A stretch of DNA of 64,000 bases from an uncultured Muribaculaceae bacterium (GTDB lineage Bacteria; Bacteroidota; Bacteroidia; Bacteroidales; Muribaculaceae), in assembly GCA_964587165.1 (NCBI GenBank), contig CAZPKH010000004.1, positions 9,397-73,396 on the forward strand. The letters run 5' to 3'. Within the stretch, counting starts at the first letter, position 1. The number at the start of each line of letters is the position of its first letter. Under the pieces are notes generated by a model, which made no database searches, was not told where the DNA came from, and was given only the letters and a program-made list of their open reading frames with translations. Below are positions 8,903 to 18,275 of this stretch, piece after piece. A program made the translations under genes and the position numbers.

Positions 8903-10270
8903 TTACTTTATTTTAAATGTAGCGAGCTGCACGTTTGCCGGAAGCGATTTGATGGAGTTGTAGATCTCGTCGACCGACTCGACCACCCCCGCAAACTTCT
9001 TGTCGAAGTCGGGTATGAAATCCTGTGCGCCGTGATTGTTGAGGGTGGCAATCACATTCTCCACCGTGAAATACTCTATCGAGCGAGCCGGCACAAGTCC
9101 GGGTTCTACCTCCGCGCTCTCGGTATGGAGAGCTTCGATAAGTCCGCTCGACAGCAGCCGGTCGGTCACTTCGCTGAGCAGGTTGGCCGGCAGACCGTAG
9201 TCGTGGGCTATATCCGTGCGTGTCGGTGCAGCGTCTCCGTCGCGGAACTTCGCCACGATGATAGCCATCACGACGATGCTCACTTTCTCGCGGTAAGCTA
9301 TCGAGATCGACGCCACACTGTCGATATATGCTATATTATAAATATTCTGCATAGAGTAGCACATCACGGCGCCTATCAGAGTGATCATCCACACAAGCTG
9401 AAGCCAGATGAGCAGCAGCGGCAGGAATGAGAACGACCCGTATATTGCGTTGTATTTCGCCACATAGAGCTGTCCGGAGAGGAAGAGCCACTGCAGCACG
9501 ATAAAGGCCGTACCGGCCACGGCTCCCGAGATGAATGCGTTGCGAAACTTCACGCGGGTGTTCGGTATCATCATGTATGCTCCGGTGAAGAAGAGCCATA
9601 TCAGCAGCAGGGAGATACCATCGAGTATCACACCGACGGCAGGGGTGAGAAATCCCCATGGCAGCAGAGTGCGAAGTGTCGACGACATCACAACGTTGAT
9701 ACCGCTCGAACAGATCATAAGCACCGGCAGCAGGAAGAAGATAGCCATGTAGTCGGTGAACTTGCGCCACACGGTGCGCCCCTGACGCACGCCCCAGGCA
9801 TTGTTGAAGGCATCTTCGACATTCGACATAAGCGAGAAGAGGGTCCAGAGCAGAAAGAGGATGCCGGCACCCACGAAGATCCCTTCGCTTGCGGTATTGA
9901 GATATGAATCGACAAATTTCAGACCTTGGGCCACCATGGCATGATGAGCCGGAAACGAGTCCATGAGCTGCCCCTCGAGCAAGTTCTGGAAACCGAACCC
10001 GCGACAGATTGCAAACACAAGCGCCAGTGCGGGGACTATAGCGAGCACCGTATTATATGTCAGCGCAGCAGCCCTGAGCTGAATCTCCGAGCTTAAAAAC
10101 GAGCGCATCGACAGATTCAGAGTCTTGAAGAAGGCTACTTTGGTGGTGTGGCGCGGATCGTCCCACACTCCGGAGTTGAAATACTGCCATTGACCCAGCG
10201 CCCAGTCGACAATGCGCCCCACAAGGTTTTTGCGGGGTGTCGGGGCGGTTTTCGGGGCAGGTGCGCTCAT
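8903..10270 (-). CDS. YihY/BrkB family membrane protein with a C-terminal soluble extension
   Basis: 455 aa. LRAAALTYNTVLAIVPALALVFAI and a following six-TM core are typical of the YihY family. Confidence 0.8.
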   Translation of the reverse strand: MSAPAPKTAPTPRKNLVGRIVDWALGQWQYFNSGVWDDPRHTTKVAFFKTLNLSMRSFLSSEIQLRAAALTYNTVLAIVPALALVFAICRGFGFQNLLEGQLMDSFPAHHAMVAQGLKFVDSYLNTASEGIFVGAGILFLLWTLFSLMSNVEDAFNNAWGVRQGRTVWRKFTDYMAIFFLLPVLMICSSGINVVMSSTLRTLLPWGFLTPAVGVILDGISLLLIWLFFTGAYMMIPNTRVKFRNAFISGAVAGTAFIVLQWLFLSGQLYVAKYNAIYGSFSFLPLLLIWLQLVWMITLIGAVMCYSMQNIYNIAYIDSVASISIAYREKVSIVVMAIIVAKFRDGDAAPTRTDIAHDYGLPANLLSEVTDRLLSSGLIEALHTESAEVEPGLVPARSIEYFTVENVIATLNNHGAQDFIPDFDKKFAGVVESVDEIYNSIKSLPANVQLATFKIK

Positions 10271-10293
10271 GCTATTGTAACACAGAGAGGTGG

Positions 10294-11058
10294 CTAATTG
10301 TTGGCCTCGTCGGGCATCGGGAAGCCGTGCGCACGTATAAAATCGTAGAGCACACGCGAGAAATGCTCGTTGTCGGCCTTTGTGTATCGTATGTCGGCAA
10401 ACACCTGAGCGAGGGTGTCTTTACCGTTTATCTCGACAAACCGACGGTTCACGTCAAGCTCCTCTTTCGGAGCGTAGATGCGCTCTATGTCGGCATCAGT
10501 GTAGTCGTGATACTTCTCGATATGCATCACTCCTTCGAGCGGCAGGCGCTCCGACACGGCAGGGGTTTCGTCGGGTGTACCGACGGTCACCGTCGCCACC
10601 GGTATCACTCCTGCGGGGAGGTGGAGCACTTCGGCTATCTGCGGGGCATTGTATGTGGTCGTGCCCATATAGCAGGTGCCGTACCCCTCGAGCTCGGCTA
10701 TAGTGACTATCTGTTGGGCGAAGATGCAGGCGTCGATCATAGCGTAGGCAAACGCCTGAAAATTGTTCAGTCCGTCGGAGGTGGCTCCGCGCAGCCGACA
10801 CCACCGGCTGAAGCGGTTCACATCGACACATACCGTCAGAAGAACCTCGCACCCTTCGACCGCCGGCTGCCCGAAGTGAGCCGGAGCGAGAGCGGCCTTA
10901 CCTTCGGCCGAGCGGGTCACTACGACACTGTACAGCTGCATGTTGCCCGTATTCGGAGCCTGCATGGCGCGGGTGAGTATCTCCTCAAGCTTCTGCTGCG
11001 GGAGAGTGTCGGCTTTCTTATATTTACGCACTGAGCGTCGGGTGCTGAAGTAGTCCAT
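10294..11058 (-). CDS. Nitroreductase family NAD(P)H oxidoreductase
   Basis: 254 aa. TRRSVRKYKKADTLPQQKLEEILTRAMQAPNTGNMQ is a nitroreductase-fold N-terminus. Confidence 0.8.
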   Translation of the reverse strand: MDYFSTRRSVRKYKKADTLPQQKLEEILTRAMQAPNTGNMQLYSVVVTRSAEGKAALAPAHFGQPAVEGCEVLLTVCVDVNRFSRWCRLRGATSDGLNNFQAFAYAMIDACIFAQQIVTIAELEGYGTCYMGTTTYNAPQIAEVLHLPAGVIPVATVTVGTPDETPAVSERLPLEGVMHIEKYHDYTDADIERIYAPKEELDVNRRFVEINGKDTLAQVFADIRYTKADNEHFSRVLYDFIRAHGFPMPDEANN

Positions 11059-11101
11059 GATATTGTCGGGTCGGAGTGATTGGGGATGAAGCGCGGCATC
11101 G

Positions 11102-12496
11102 TCAGCTTTTGAGGAGCTCGGCCTCGATAGCTTTCACATCGGCGGTGAGCTTGCGGTCGGTGGGCATACGCTCTTCGGTCTGGCGTATGGCATATATCAC
11201 CGTGGCGTGGTTGCGGTTGAGCTTGAGGCCTATGGTCTTGAGCGGCATCTTGGTATGTTTCTTGGCCAGATACATCACCAGCTGTCGCGGATCGGAGATT
11301 TCGCGTCGACGTGTCGATGTGTATATGAGCTCGGGGTCGATGCCGTAGTAGGAGGCTACCACCTCGGCTATCATCTCGAAGTTGATCTGCCGGCGGTTTA
11401 TGTTTACGGCATTGCCCACTACGGTGCGTGCCAGCGGCATATCAATGTCGCAATTCATCACCATGGCGCGTGCCACGAGCGTGACGACCACTCCCTCGAG
11501 CTCGCGGATGCTTTGGGTCACGTTGGCAGCCACATAGTCGATTATCTCGTCGGTGAGCTCCACACCGGCCTGCTCGGCCTTAAGGCGAAGCACGCTGCGG
11601 CGCAGCTCAAGGTCGGGGCGTTCGAGCTCGGCCGTCATACCTTGCTTGAAGCGGGTGAGCAGGCGCTCCTCCATCCCCTCCATCTGCGAAGGCCGACAGT
11701 CTGACGACATGATGAGCTTCTTGCCGTTCTGCACCAGATGATTGAATATATGGAAGAAAGCGCGCTGAGTGCCGGGTTTGCCGGTAATATCCTGAATATC
11801 GTCGACTATCAGCATATCAAGGCTCTGATAGAAGAACATAAACTCGTTGATGTCCTTGCGATACTTTATAAACTGGCTCTCAAACTCGCGCGCCGTGACA
11901 TACAGCACCCGGGCGTGGGCATCATGCTCTTTCACCCTGATACCGATGGCCTGCAGCAGGTGAGTCTTGCCGCATCCGCTCGGTCCGAATATAAAGAAGG
12001 GGTTGAATGTGGTGCGCTTGAAGTCGTCGGCCACAGCCTCGCCTATGGAGCGGGCGAGCTGGTTGCAATCGCTCTTGCAGTAGTTTTCGAAGGTGAGCTC
12101 CGGCAGCAGGCACGGCTCTATGTCGGGCAGCTGAGTGTCGGGAGTGGTGGGAGTATTGGCAGGATGCTGAGGAGTGGGCGACTTGACAGCCGGCGAGGGG
12201 TTGGTGGAGCGGAAATTCACACCACCGGTCGGATTGCCCGGCTCAAGATTGTAGCGATAGAACAGCTTTGTACCTACTCCGTATACACGCGTCAGGGCAG
12301 CGCTCATGAGCTGACGGAAGCGCACCTCTATCTGCTCCATGAAAAATTGAGTGGGCACCTGTATGGTGAGAGTCCCGTCGACGAAGCTTACCGACGTGAT
12401 GGGTCTGAACCATGCGTTATACTGCTCGGTCTCTACATTGTCGGCTATGATGGCAAGAAATTCTTCCCATAGCTTTATATGCTGTGGTTGCTCCAT
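11102..12496 (-). CDS. dnaA: Chromosomal replication initiator protein DnaA
   Basis: 464 aa. Walker A FIFGPSGCGKTHLLQAIG, box VII, and the C-terminal DNA-binding helix HATVIYAIRQ. Confidence 0.95.
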   Translation of the reverse strand: MEQPQHIKLWEEFLAIIADNVETEQYNAWFRPITSVSFVDGTLTIQVPTQFFMEQIEVRFRQLMSAALTRVYGVGTKLFYRYNLEPGNPTGGVNFRSTNPSPAVKSPTPQHPANTPTTPDTQLPDIEPCLLPELTFENYCKSDCNQLARSIGEAVADDFKRTTFNPFFIFGPSGCGKTHLLQAIGIRVKEHDAHARVLYVTAREFESQFIKYRKDINEFMFFYQSLDMLIVDDIQDITGKPGTQRAFFHIFNHLVQNGKKLIMSSDCRPSQMEGMEERLLTRFKQGMTAELERPDLELRRSVLRLKAEQAGVELTDEIIDYVAANVTQSIRELEGVVVTLVARAMVMNCDIDMPLARTVVGNAVNINRRQINFEMIAEVVASYYGIDPELIYTSTRRREISDPRQLVMYLAKKHTKMPLKTIGLKLNRNHATVIYAIRQTEERMPTDRKLTADVKAIEAELLKS

Positions 12497-12521
12497 AAAT
12501 TCTAAAAATTAAATTCAGAAC

Positions 12522-12531
12522 GGGGGGGGGG
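12522..12531. repeat. G10 homopolymer (C10 on the dnaA strand)
   Basis: Ten consecutive G in the context GAAC-G10-A, 25 nt upstream of the dnaA ATG. Confidence 0.9.
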
Positions 12532-12692
12532 ACTCGATTGCGAAAGATCTGAGCAGCCTGCTGCTGCCTCGAAGATACGTGCACGAGGGATTTTTACACT
12601 GCAAATTACCACAAAAAAAATCAGAAAAACAATGTCTGTTTTTTTTGGTTTTTATAACGTTGCCACAACTACACTGTGACTTAGACACTTAC

Positions 12693-12728
12693 AAAGTTAT
12701 TAACATTTTTCAAAATGTTAATAACTTT
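12693..12728. promoter_or_regulatory. Perfect palindrome with 17-bp arms and a 2-nt spacer
   Basis: AAAGTTATTAACATTTT-TC-AAAATGTTAATAACTTT. The left arm contains CAAAGTTA, which is TAACTTTG on the dnaA strand. Confidence 0.6.
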
Positions 12729-12818
12729 TTCGACCCCCAAAACCTTGTTTTAAAACGAGTTACAGACCCAAAGAACGATTTCGCCCGAAACCGGCGGCCG
12801 CGCTGTCGAGATGCTAAG

Positions 12819-12860
12819 AAGCTGTCGCATTGCCCTTCCCGGCGCAAAATGCGACAGCTT
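12819..12860 (-). terminator. Hairpin 3' of the mlaD-like gene
   Basis: AAGCTGTCGCAT (12819-12830) pairs with ATGCGACAGCTT (12849-12860), 40 nt after the stop at 12901. The T tract is weak. Confidence 0.4.
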
Positions 12861-12900
12861 CCACAAAAAGTCACAATTTAGACTGAGTATAAATTAGAAC

Positions 12901-13821
12901 TTAGAAAAGTTTTATTGCCGGGATATACCGCTTGGGCTGGCGCTGCAGGTCGATAAGTATCGAGTCGATATGCGAGGCCGAGCTGTTGAGATTATTGTAT
13001 AGCGACGGATCGCGCATCAGCAGTCCGAGCGACGAATTGTCGGAGTTGAGGCTTGCCGTTATATCGTTGAGGTGGGCGGTTATGCCGTTGATATTGCGCA
13101 TGGTCGAGTCGACAGGCACGCTTTTGAGTTTGCGCGACACCTCGGCAAGGTCTTTGGATATCCCGACAAGTTCGTATGAAAACTCGTTGACATTCACCAT
13201 GGTCGACGACGCATTGCTTGCTATCGAGGGGACACTGTTCATCACCCGCGCCAGTTGGGCGGTCGACACTTCAAGATTGTGCATCACCACTTCGAGCGAC
13301 TGCAGCGAGTGCTTCAGGGCCGGATCGGTGGCGAGTTGATTGGCCGCCATCAGCAGCGAGTCTACCCGCGGCACTATTTCAGCCACCGAGGGGAGCATCT
13401 CGGAGGCTGCGCCCATCAGGCCGGGATCATTGACACCCTCGATCTTGTCGCCCACGCCGTAATACTCGTTGCTATTGGCCAGACGAAGCTCGACGGTGGC
13501 GGTGCCCAGAAGGCCCGACACCAGCACGGCCTTAGTCCCTTTGGGGAGGCGGAGATCTTTATCGAGACTCATCTCGATATTGAGCGCGCCGGGATTGGTA
13601 TAATCGATCGAAATCTCGCGCACTTCGCCTACCTTGTAGCCGTTCACCGACACGGGTGCCGATGTCGACAGGCCGCTTACGTTGCTGAAACTCGTATAGT
13701 AGTAGTTTGATGCTTTAAATACGTTGATACCTTTGAGGTAGTCGATGCCGAAGAAGATCATCAGCAGGGCGATGATCACCGACACTCCGATCATGACTTC
13801 TTTGGAGAACAGTCGTTTCAT
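12901..13821 (-). CDS. MlaD/MCE family protein
   Basis: 306 aa. N-terminal TM helix followed by the MCE domain SGLSTSAPVSVNGYKVGEVREISID. Confidence 0.8.
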   Translation of the reverse strand: MKRLFSKEVMIGVSVIIALLMIFFGIDYLKGINVFKASNYYYTSFSNVSGLSTSAPVSVNGYKVGEVREISIDYTNPGALNIEMSLDKDLRLPKGTKAVLVSGLLGTATVELRLANSNEYYGVGDKIEGVNDPGLMGAASEMLPSVAEIVPRVDSLLMAANQLATDPALKHSLQSLEVVMHNLEVSTAQLARVMNSVPSIASNASSTMVNVNEFSYELVGISKDLAEVSRKLKSVPVDSTMRNINGITAHLNDITASLNSDNSSLGLLMRDPSLYNNLNSSASHIDSILIDLQRQPKRYIPAIKLF

Positions 13822-13842
13822 ATCTTAGAGTATGTTGTTATT

Positions 13843-14925
13843 TCATTTAATACGCACGCCGCCGCGGGTGGTTATCACAAATGCGTCGGGAAACAGTTTC
13901 TTCACTTCACGAAGTATCCGTGTAGCTTCGGCCGCGGTGCGGGTTTCGCCCACGGTATATTTATATGTGCCGTTATCTTTATAGTAGTCCACGGGGCTCA
14001 GATTCTTAAACTTTGCCGACCCTTCGGGCAGGAGCCGCGGTGAGGTGAGGAACTGCACTTTGTATAGCACCGGAGCAGCTGCATCGGCTGCTTTGGGAGC
14101 GTCTTTGCCACGCGCTGTCGTATCGGTACGTACATTCTTGGCCGGAGCCGGAGACGTCCCCCGGGGCGAGGCCTTCTTGAGATAGTTCTGCACACCGGTG
14201 GCTATGGCATCGGCCAGAGCTTGCTGTCCTTTGTCGGATTTGAGGTACTTCTCCTGCTTTTCGTTGCAAATGAAATCGAGCTCTACAAGCACGGCAGGCA
14301 TCTGAGTGAACCGCAACACGAAGAAATCGCGCTTTCGCACACCCCGGCGGGTGCGTCCGGCATCGGCGGCAAGACGATCCATGATCAGCGACGCTGCCCG
14401 TGTACTCTCGGCTATCGTCCGCGCCGCATCTCTCGACGACGGCCCCGAGGCGCCGGCATCTTGCTCCGGATCTTTTGCCTCGTTGCCCGACTGCGACGCC
14501 GTGCTGAGATCGTTCTTGTTCTGCGGCACAAACACCGTAGCCCCCTCGACCGAAGAGTTTCCTTCGGACGAGTCGCAGTGTATCGATACAAAGAGGTCGG
14601 CACCGGCAGAGTTGGCCGTACGGCAACGGTCGGCAAGCGATACATATTTGTCGGATGAGCGCGTACGCACAACCCGCACATTCTTCATCTTCTTTTCGAG
14701 CAGAGAAGCCACCTTGTCGGCCACCTTCAGATTTATATCTTTCTCGTCGACGGTGGGACCGCTGGCGCCCTTGTCGTTGCCTCCGTGCCCGGCATCGACC
14801 ACCACTACAAACTCCTTTTTATCCCGCGAACCGTGAGCCGAACGCTTCTGCCGCGCACCCAGCGGAAGTGCCGCCATCATAATAATGATAGCGACGACAA
14901 GAGAGCGTAGCAGTGTCGGTTTCAT
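13843..14925 (-). CDS. N-acetylmuramoyl-L-alanine amidase with a C-terminal SPOR domain
   Basis: Amidase_3 motif VVVDAGHGGNDKGA and a C-terminal SPOR-like YKVQFLTS...FPDAFVI. Start set to ATG 14925 (MKPTLLRS), downstream of the -7 box. The track ORF starts at TTG 14952. Confidence 0.8.
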   Translation of the reverse strand: MKPTLLRSLVVAIIIMMAALPLGARQKRSAHGSRDKKEFVVVVDAGHGGNDKGASGPTVDEKDINLKVADKVASLLEKKMKNVRVVRTRSSDKYVSLADRCRTANSAGADLFVSIHCDSSEGNSSVEGATVFVPQNKNDLSTASQSGNEAKDPEQDAGASGPSSRDAARTIAESTRAASLIMDRLAADAGRTRRGVRKRDFFVLRFTQMPAVLVELDFICNEKQEKYLKSDKGQQALADAIATGVQNYLKKASPRGTSPAPAKNVRTDTTARGKDAPKAADAAAPVLYKVQFLTSPRLLPEGSAKFKNLSPVDYYKDNGTYKYTVGETRTAAEATRILREVKKLFPDAFVITTRGGVRIK

Positions 14926-14949
14926 CGGGGAGTCGGGTAATGATTCGTG

Positions 14950-14957
14950 CAAATTTA
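14950..14957 (-). promoter_or_regulatory. -7 box TAAATTTG for the amidase gene
   Basis: Plus-strand CAAATTTA, 25 nt upstream of ATG 14925. Confidence 0.45.
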
Positions 14958-15063
14958 CAAATTTTTATTGCGCGGCCTCACTTTTTAAACAAACTTATTC
15001 CGTTTTTGACCATCAAAAGTTCATTTACGGCGAGTTATGCCGCGGTTTTATGACCGTCTTTTG

Positions 15064-15071
15064 TAAATTTG
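15064..15071 (+). promoter_or_regulatory. -7 box TAAATTTG for the mmcQ-like gene
   Basis: Matches TAnnTTTG, 18 nt upstream of ATG 15089. Confidence 0.45.
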
Positions 15072-15088
15072 CACATAAAATCACCGGT

Positions 15089-15442
15089 ATGGATATCGAA
15101 CAGTTCAGAGATTACTGCCTCGCGCTTGGCGAAGTGACCGAGAAGACACCTTTCGGAAAGTTTAATGCGCGCTTTGACTCTATATTAGCTTTTTATGTCT
15201 GCGGACACATGTTCTGCTTTGTGGACATCGACGATTTCAGTTGGGTAAATCTGAAGGCCGCGCCGGCTACCGTCGAAGAGCTGCGGGATTCGCGCGAAGC
15301 TGCCCTCCCGCCCATGAACATGAGCCCTCGACACTGGGTGCAGATACGCTTCGATATGGATATAAGTGACGACGAGATCAGAAAGCTTGTAAAAGAAGCC
15401 TGCGCGATTGTAGCCTCGAAGTATTCTCCCAAGGGAAGCTGA
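15089..15442 (+). CDS. MmcQ/YjbR family DNA-binding protein
   Basis: 117 aa from the internal ATG. MDIEQFRDYCLALGEVTEKTPFG...RHWVQI is typical of the YjbR family. Confidence 0.75.
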   Translation: MDIEQFRDYCLALGEVTEKTPFGKFNARFDSILAFYVCGHMFCFVDIDDFSWVNLKAAPATVEELRDSREAALPPMNMSPRHWVQIRFDMDISDDEIRKLVKEACAIVASKYSPKGS

Positions 15443-15496
15443 TCTTTTGACGCGCGAATTTTTTCAAAAAAAAGGCTCTCGTTCGCAAAAAATAGT

Positions 15497-15504
15497 TAAA
15501 TTTG
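15497..15504 (+). promoter_or_regulatory. -7 box TAAATTTG upstream of the nqr operon
   Basis: Matches TAnnTTTG, about 120 nt upstream of the nqrA ATG at 15623. Confidence 0.4.
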
Positions 15505-15622
15505 CAAATGGAAAGGACAGTTCCGACGCAACCGATTAACCATTAAATCGTTACCCACTTTCTACCGAGGCAGCCGCCGCGTGGCTGCGGAGATGTTTCA
15601 AATCATTGACACAAACTATCGA

Positions 15623-16966
15623 ATGAGAACTATCCATTTGAAAAGAGGTGTTGACCTCAAACTCCGGGGACAGGTGACCGACACTACACCCGTCATGGTG
15701 CCCACATCGCGTATAGCCATTACGCCCGACGACTTCCCCGGATTTATCCCCAAAGCTGCCGTGAAGGCCGGCGACACCGTTGAGCCCGGCTCGACACTTA
15801 TGTTTGACAAGCTGCATCCGCAGGTGAGCCTTATCTCGCCCGTGGCAGGTACTGTCGAGGAGGTGGTGCGCGGCGAGCGCCGCAAGATCGAGAGAGTGAT
15901 CGTGCGCGTGGCATCGCAGGGCGCTGATCCCGTGAAAGTCGACATAGGCGATGCGGCCACCGACGAAGCCGCTCTGCGCCATGCCATGCAGAGATACGGC
16001 ATATGGACGGCGATGCGCCAGCGGCCTTACGACATTGTGCCGGCCGACACCGACTGTCGTCCGCGCGATATATTCGTCACCACTTTCGATTCAGCTCCTC
16101 TCGCGCCCAACCTTATGGCCGGAGTCGACATGCGCTTCGTAGAGGCCGGCATCAAGGCGCTCGGGCGCCTCACCGACGGCAAAGTATACGTGTCGGTGCG
16201 CAAAGGTGGCCCGACGGCTATCGAGGGCGCCGAGATCGTGATGTTCGAAGGGAAGCACCCCGCCGGCAATCCCGGCGTGCAGGCTGCCAACATCGACCCC
16301 GTAAACAAAGGCGAAATCATCTGGACACTCTCCATCACCACCGTCAACAACTTAGGGCGCCTGCTGCTCGAGAAAGAAGTGCCGGCGACCACCGACGTGG
16401 CTGTCACGGGCCCCGAAATCAGCTCGCCGGCCATCATCACTACCTATATAGGCGCTGAAGTGGCACCGCTGCTCAAAGGGCGTGTTTGCGACGACGGTGT
16501 GAACCACCGCACAATCTCCGGCAACGTCCTTACGGGGTATCGTATCGACGCTGCCGACGGCTTCATACGCTTCCCCTACCGCCAGATCACGGTGATAGCC
16601 GAAGGCGACGATGCCGACGAGTTCATGGGGTGGGCATCGCCGGGTCTGAGCAAGATGAGCCAGAGCCGCACGTTCCTGTCGTCGCTGCTGCCGGGGCGTC
16701 GGTTCGCTCCCGACGCACGTCTGCACGGCGGCCGCCGCGCCATGATCATGTCGGGCGAGTACGACAAGGTATTCCCGATGGATATACTGCCCGAACAGCT
16801 TATCAAAGCGATACTGGCCCGCGACATCGACCGCATGGAGCAGCTCGGCATCTACGAGGTGGCTCCCGAAGATTTTGCAGCTGCCGAATATGCCGACCCC
16901 TCGAAGCTCGAGCTGCAGAAGATCGTGCGCGAAGGACTCGACTATCTCCGCAAAGAGCTTGAGTGA
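15623..16966 (+). CDS. nqrA: Na+-translocating NADH:quinone reductase subunit A
   Basis: MRTIHLKRGVDLKLRG is a typical NqrA N-terminus. It is the first gene of a six-gene nqr cluster. The track ORF starts at 15581. Confidence 0.9.
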   Translation: MRTIHLKRGVDLKLRGQVTDTTPVMVPTSRIAITPDDFPGFIPKAAVKAGDTVEPGSTLMFDKLHPQVSLISPVAGTVEEVVRGERRKIERVIVRVASQGADPVKVDIGDAATDEAALRHAMQRYGIWTAMRQRPYDIVPADTDCRPRDIFVTTFDSAPLAPNLMAGVDMRFVEAGIKALGRLTDGKVYVSVRKGGPTAIEGAEIVMFEGKHPAGNPGVQAANIDPVNKGEIIWTLSITTVNNLGRLLLEKEVPATTDVAVTGPEISSPAIITTYIGAEVAPLLKGRVCDDGVNHRTISGNVLTGYRIDAADGFIRFPYRQITVIAEGDDADEFMGWASPGLSKMSQSRTFLSSLLPGRRFAPDARLHGGRRAMIMSGEYDKVFPMDILPEQLIKAILARDIDRMEQLGIYEVAPEDFAAAEYADPSKLELQKIVREGLDYLRKELE

Positions 16967-17016
16967 CCACCCTATCACATTGACAGACAAAACAATACAC
17001 AAAACATACACCTACA

Positions 17017-18234
17017 GTGAAAGCACTTAGAAAACTAATAGACCGTGCCAAGCCTCACTTTGAGGAGGGAGGACGCCTCCACGCGCTGCATTCGGTGTTC
17101 GACGGGTTCGAGACATTCCTCTTCACCCCGAACACTACGTCGCAGTCGGGATCTCATGTGCACGACTCGCTCGACTCCAAGCGTGTGATGATAATCGTGG
17201 TGGCCGCTCTGCTGCCGTGCCTGCTCTTCGGCATGTACAACACCGGCTATCAGAACCTGCTCGGCGCAGGTGCCACATCGTTTCCGTTCTGGAGCATAAT
17301 GCTCTACGGCTTTTTAGCCGTGCTGCCCCGCATCGTAGTGGCCTATGTAGTGGGCCTCGGCATCGAGTTTGTGGTGGCTCAGTGGCGCAAGGAGGAGATA
17401 CAGGAGGGATTTCTGGTGACAGGTATCCTGATCCCCCTCATCTGCCCGATCGAGACTCCCCTGTGGATGATCGCCGTCGCCACGGCCTTCTCGGTGATAT
17501 TTGCCAAGGAGGTGTTCGGTGGCACAGGTTTCAATATATTTAATGTGGCGCTGATCACCCGCGCATTCCTCTTCTTCGCCTATCCGGCGCAGATGTCGGG
17601 CGACAAGGTATTCATATCGACCGAGCCGATATTGGGCGTGGGCGAGCATGTCAACCTGATGGCCGACGGCATCTCCGGAGCTACCCCTCTTGGGCAGCTC
17701 GCCATACACAGCGGCGGAGCCTTCACCCCCACCAATATAGTGGGCGGCCCGATCTCCACATGGGATGCGTTCTTAGGGCTGATACCGGGATCGTTCGGCG
17801 AGACTTCGACGCTTTGCGTGCTCATCGGCGCACTTATCCTGCTGATCTCAGGGATAGCTTCGTGGCGCATCATGCTCTCGGTATTCGTCGGCGGTCTGGC
17901 TATGGGATATATAGCCAACGTATTTGCCACACCGACCTATCCGGCATCGTTCCTTAACCCCATCGACCAGATATGCTTCGGCGGCTTCGCGTTTGCAGCC
18001 GTATTCATGGCCACCGACCCTGTGACCGGCGCACGCACCAATACCGGAAAATATATCTACGGCTTCCTGATAGGCGTAATAGCCATCCTTATCCGAGTGT
18101 ACAACAACGGCTACCCCGAGGGTGCCATGCTCGCGGTACTGCTGATGAACGCCTTCGCTCCGCTGATCGACTACTGCGTGGTGCAGTCGAATGTGCGCCG
18201 CCGTATGCGCCGCCTGCGCCAGCGTCAGGCCTGA
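17017..18234 (+). CDS. nqrB: Na+-NQR subunit B
   Basis: 405-aa polytopic ORF. It carries the FMN-attachment region GISGATPLG and the conserved motif FMATDPVT. Confidence 0.9.
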   Translation: MKALRKLIDRAKPHFEEGGRLHALHSVFDGFETFLFTPNTTSQSGSHVHDSLDSKRVMIIVVAALLPCLLFGMYNTGYQNLLGAGATSFPFWSIMLYGFLAVLPRIVVAYVVGLGIEFVVAQWRKEEIQEGFLVTGILIPLICPIETPLWMIAVATAFSVIFAKEVFGGTGFNIFNVALITRAFLFFAYPAQMSGDKVFISTEPILGVGEHVNLMADGISGATPLGQLAIHSGGAFTPTNIVGGPISTWDAFLGLIPGSFGETSTLCVLIGALILLISGIASWRIMLSVFVGGLAMGYIANVFATPTYPASFLNPIDQICFGGFAFAAVFMATDPVTGARTNTGKYIYGFLIGVIAILIRVYNNGYPEGAMLAVLLMNAFAPLIDYCVVQSNVRRRMRRLRQRQA

Positions 18235-18275
18235 TGACTCAAATACTTTGACACATTGATATACCCTGAAATCTC

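Larger units (their letters stand above)
12497..12900. other. dnaA upstream intergenic region (weak oriC candidate)
   Basis: 404-nt non-coding gap with AT-rich stretches. It holds three same-strand CCACA-core 9-mers (12605, 12659, 12857), each 6/9 to TTATCCACA, plus a G10 tract and a perfect palindrome. Confidence 0.3.

Noticed and set aside
12579-12881. 100-aa ORF in the dnaA upstream gap
   Set aside because: It reads through the palindrome and homopolymeric A/T runs and has no family resemblance. The region behaves as regulatory or intergenic DNA.
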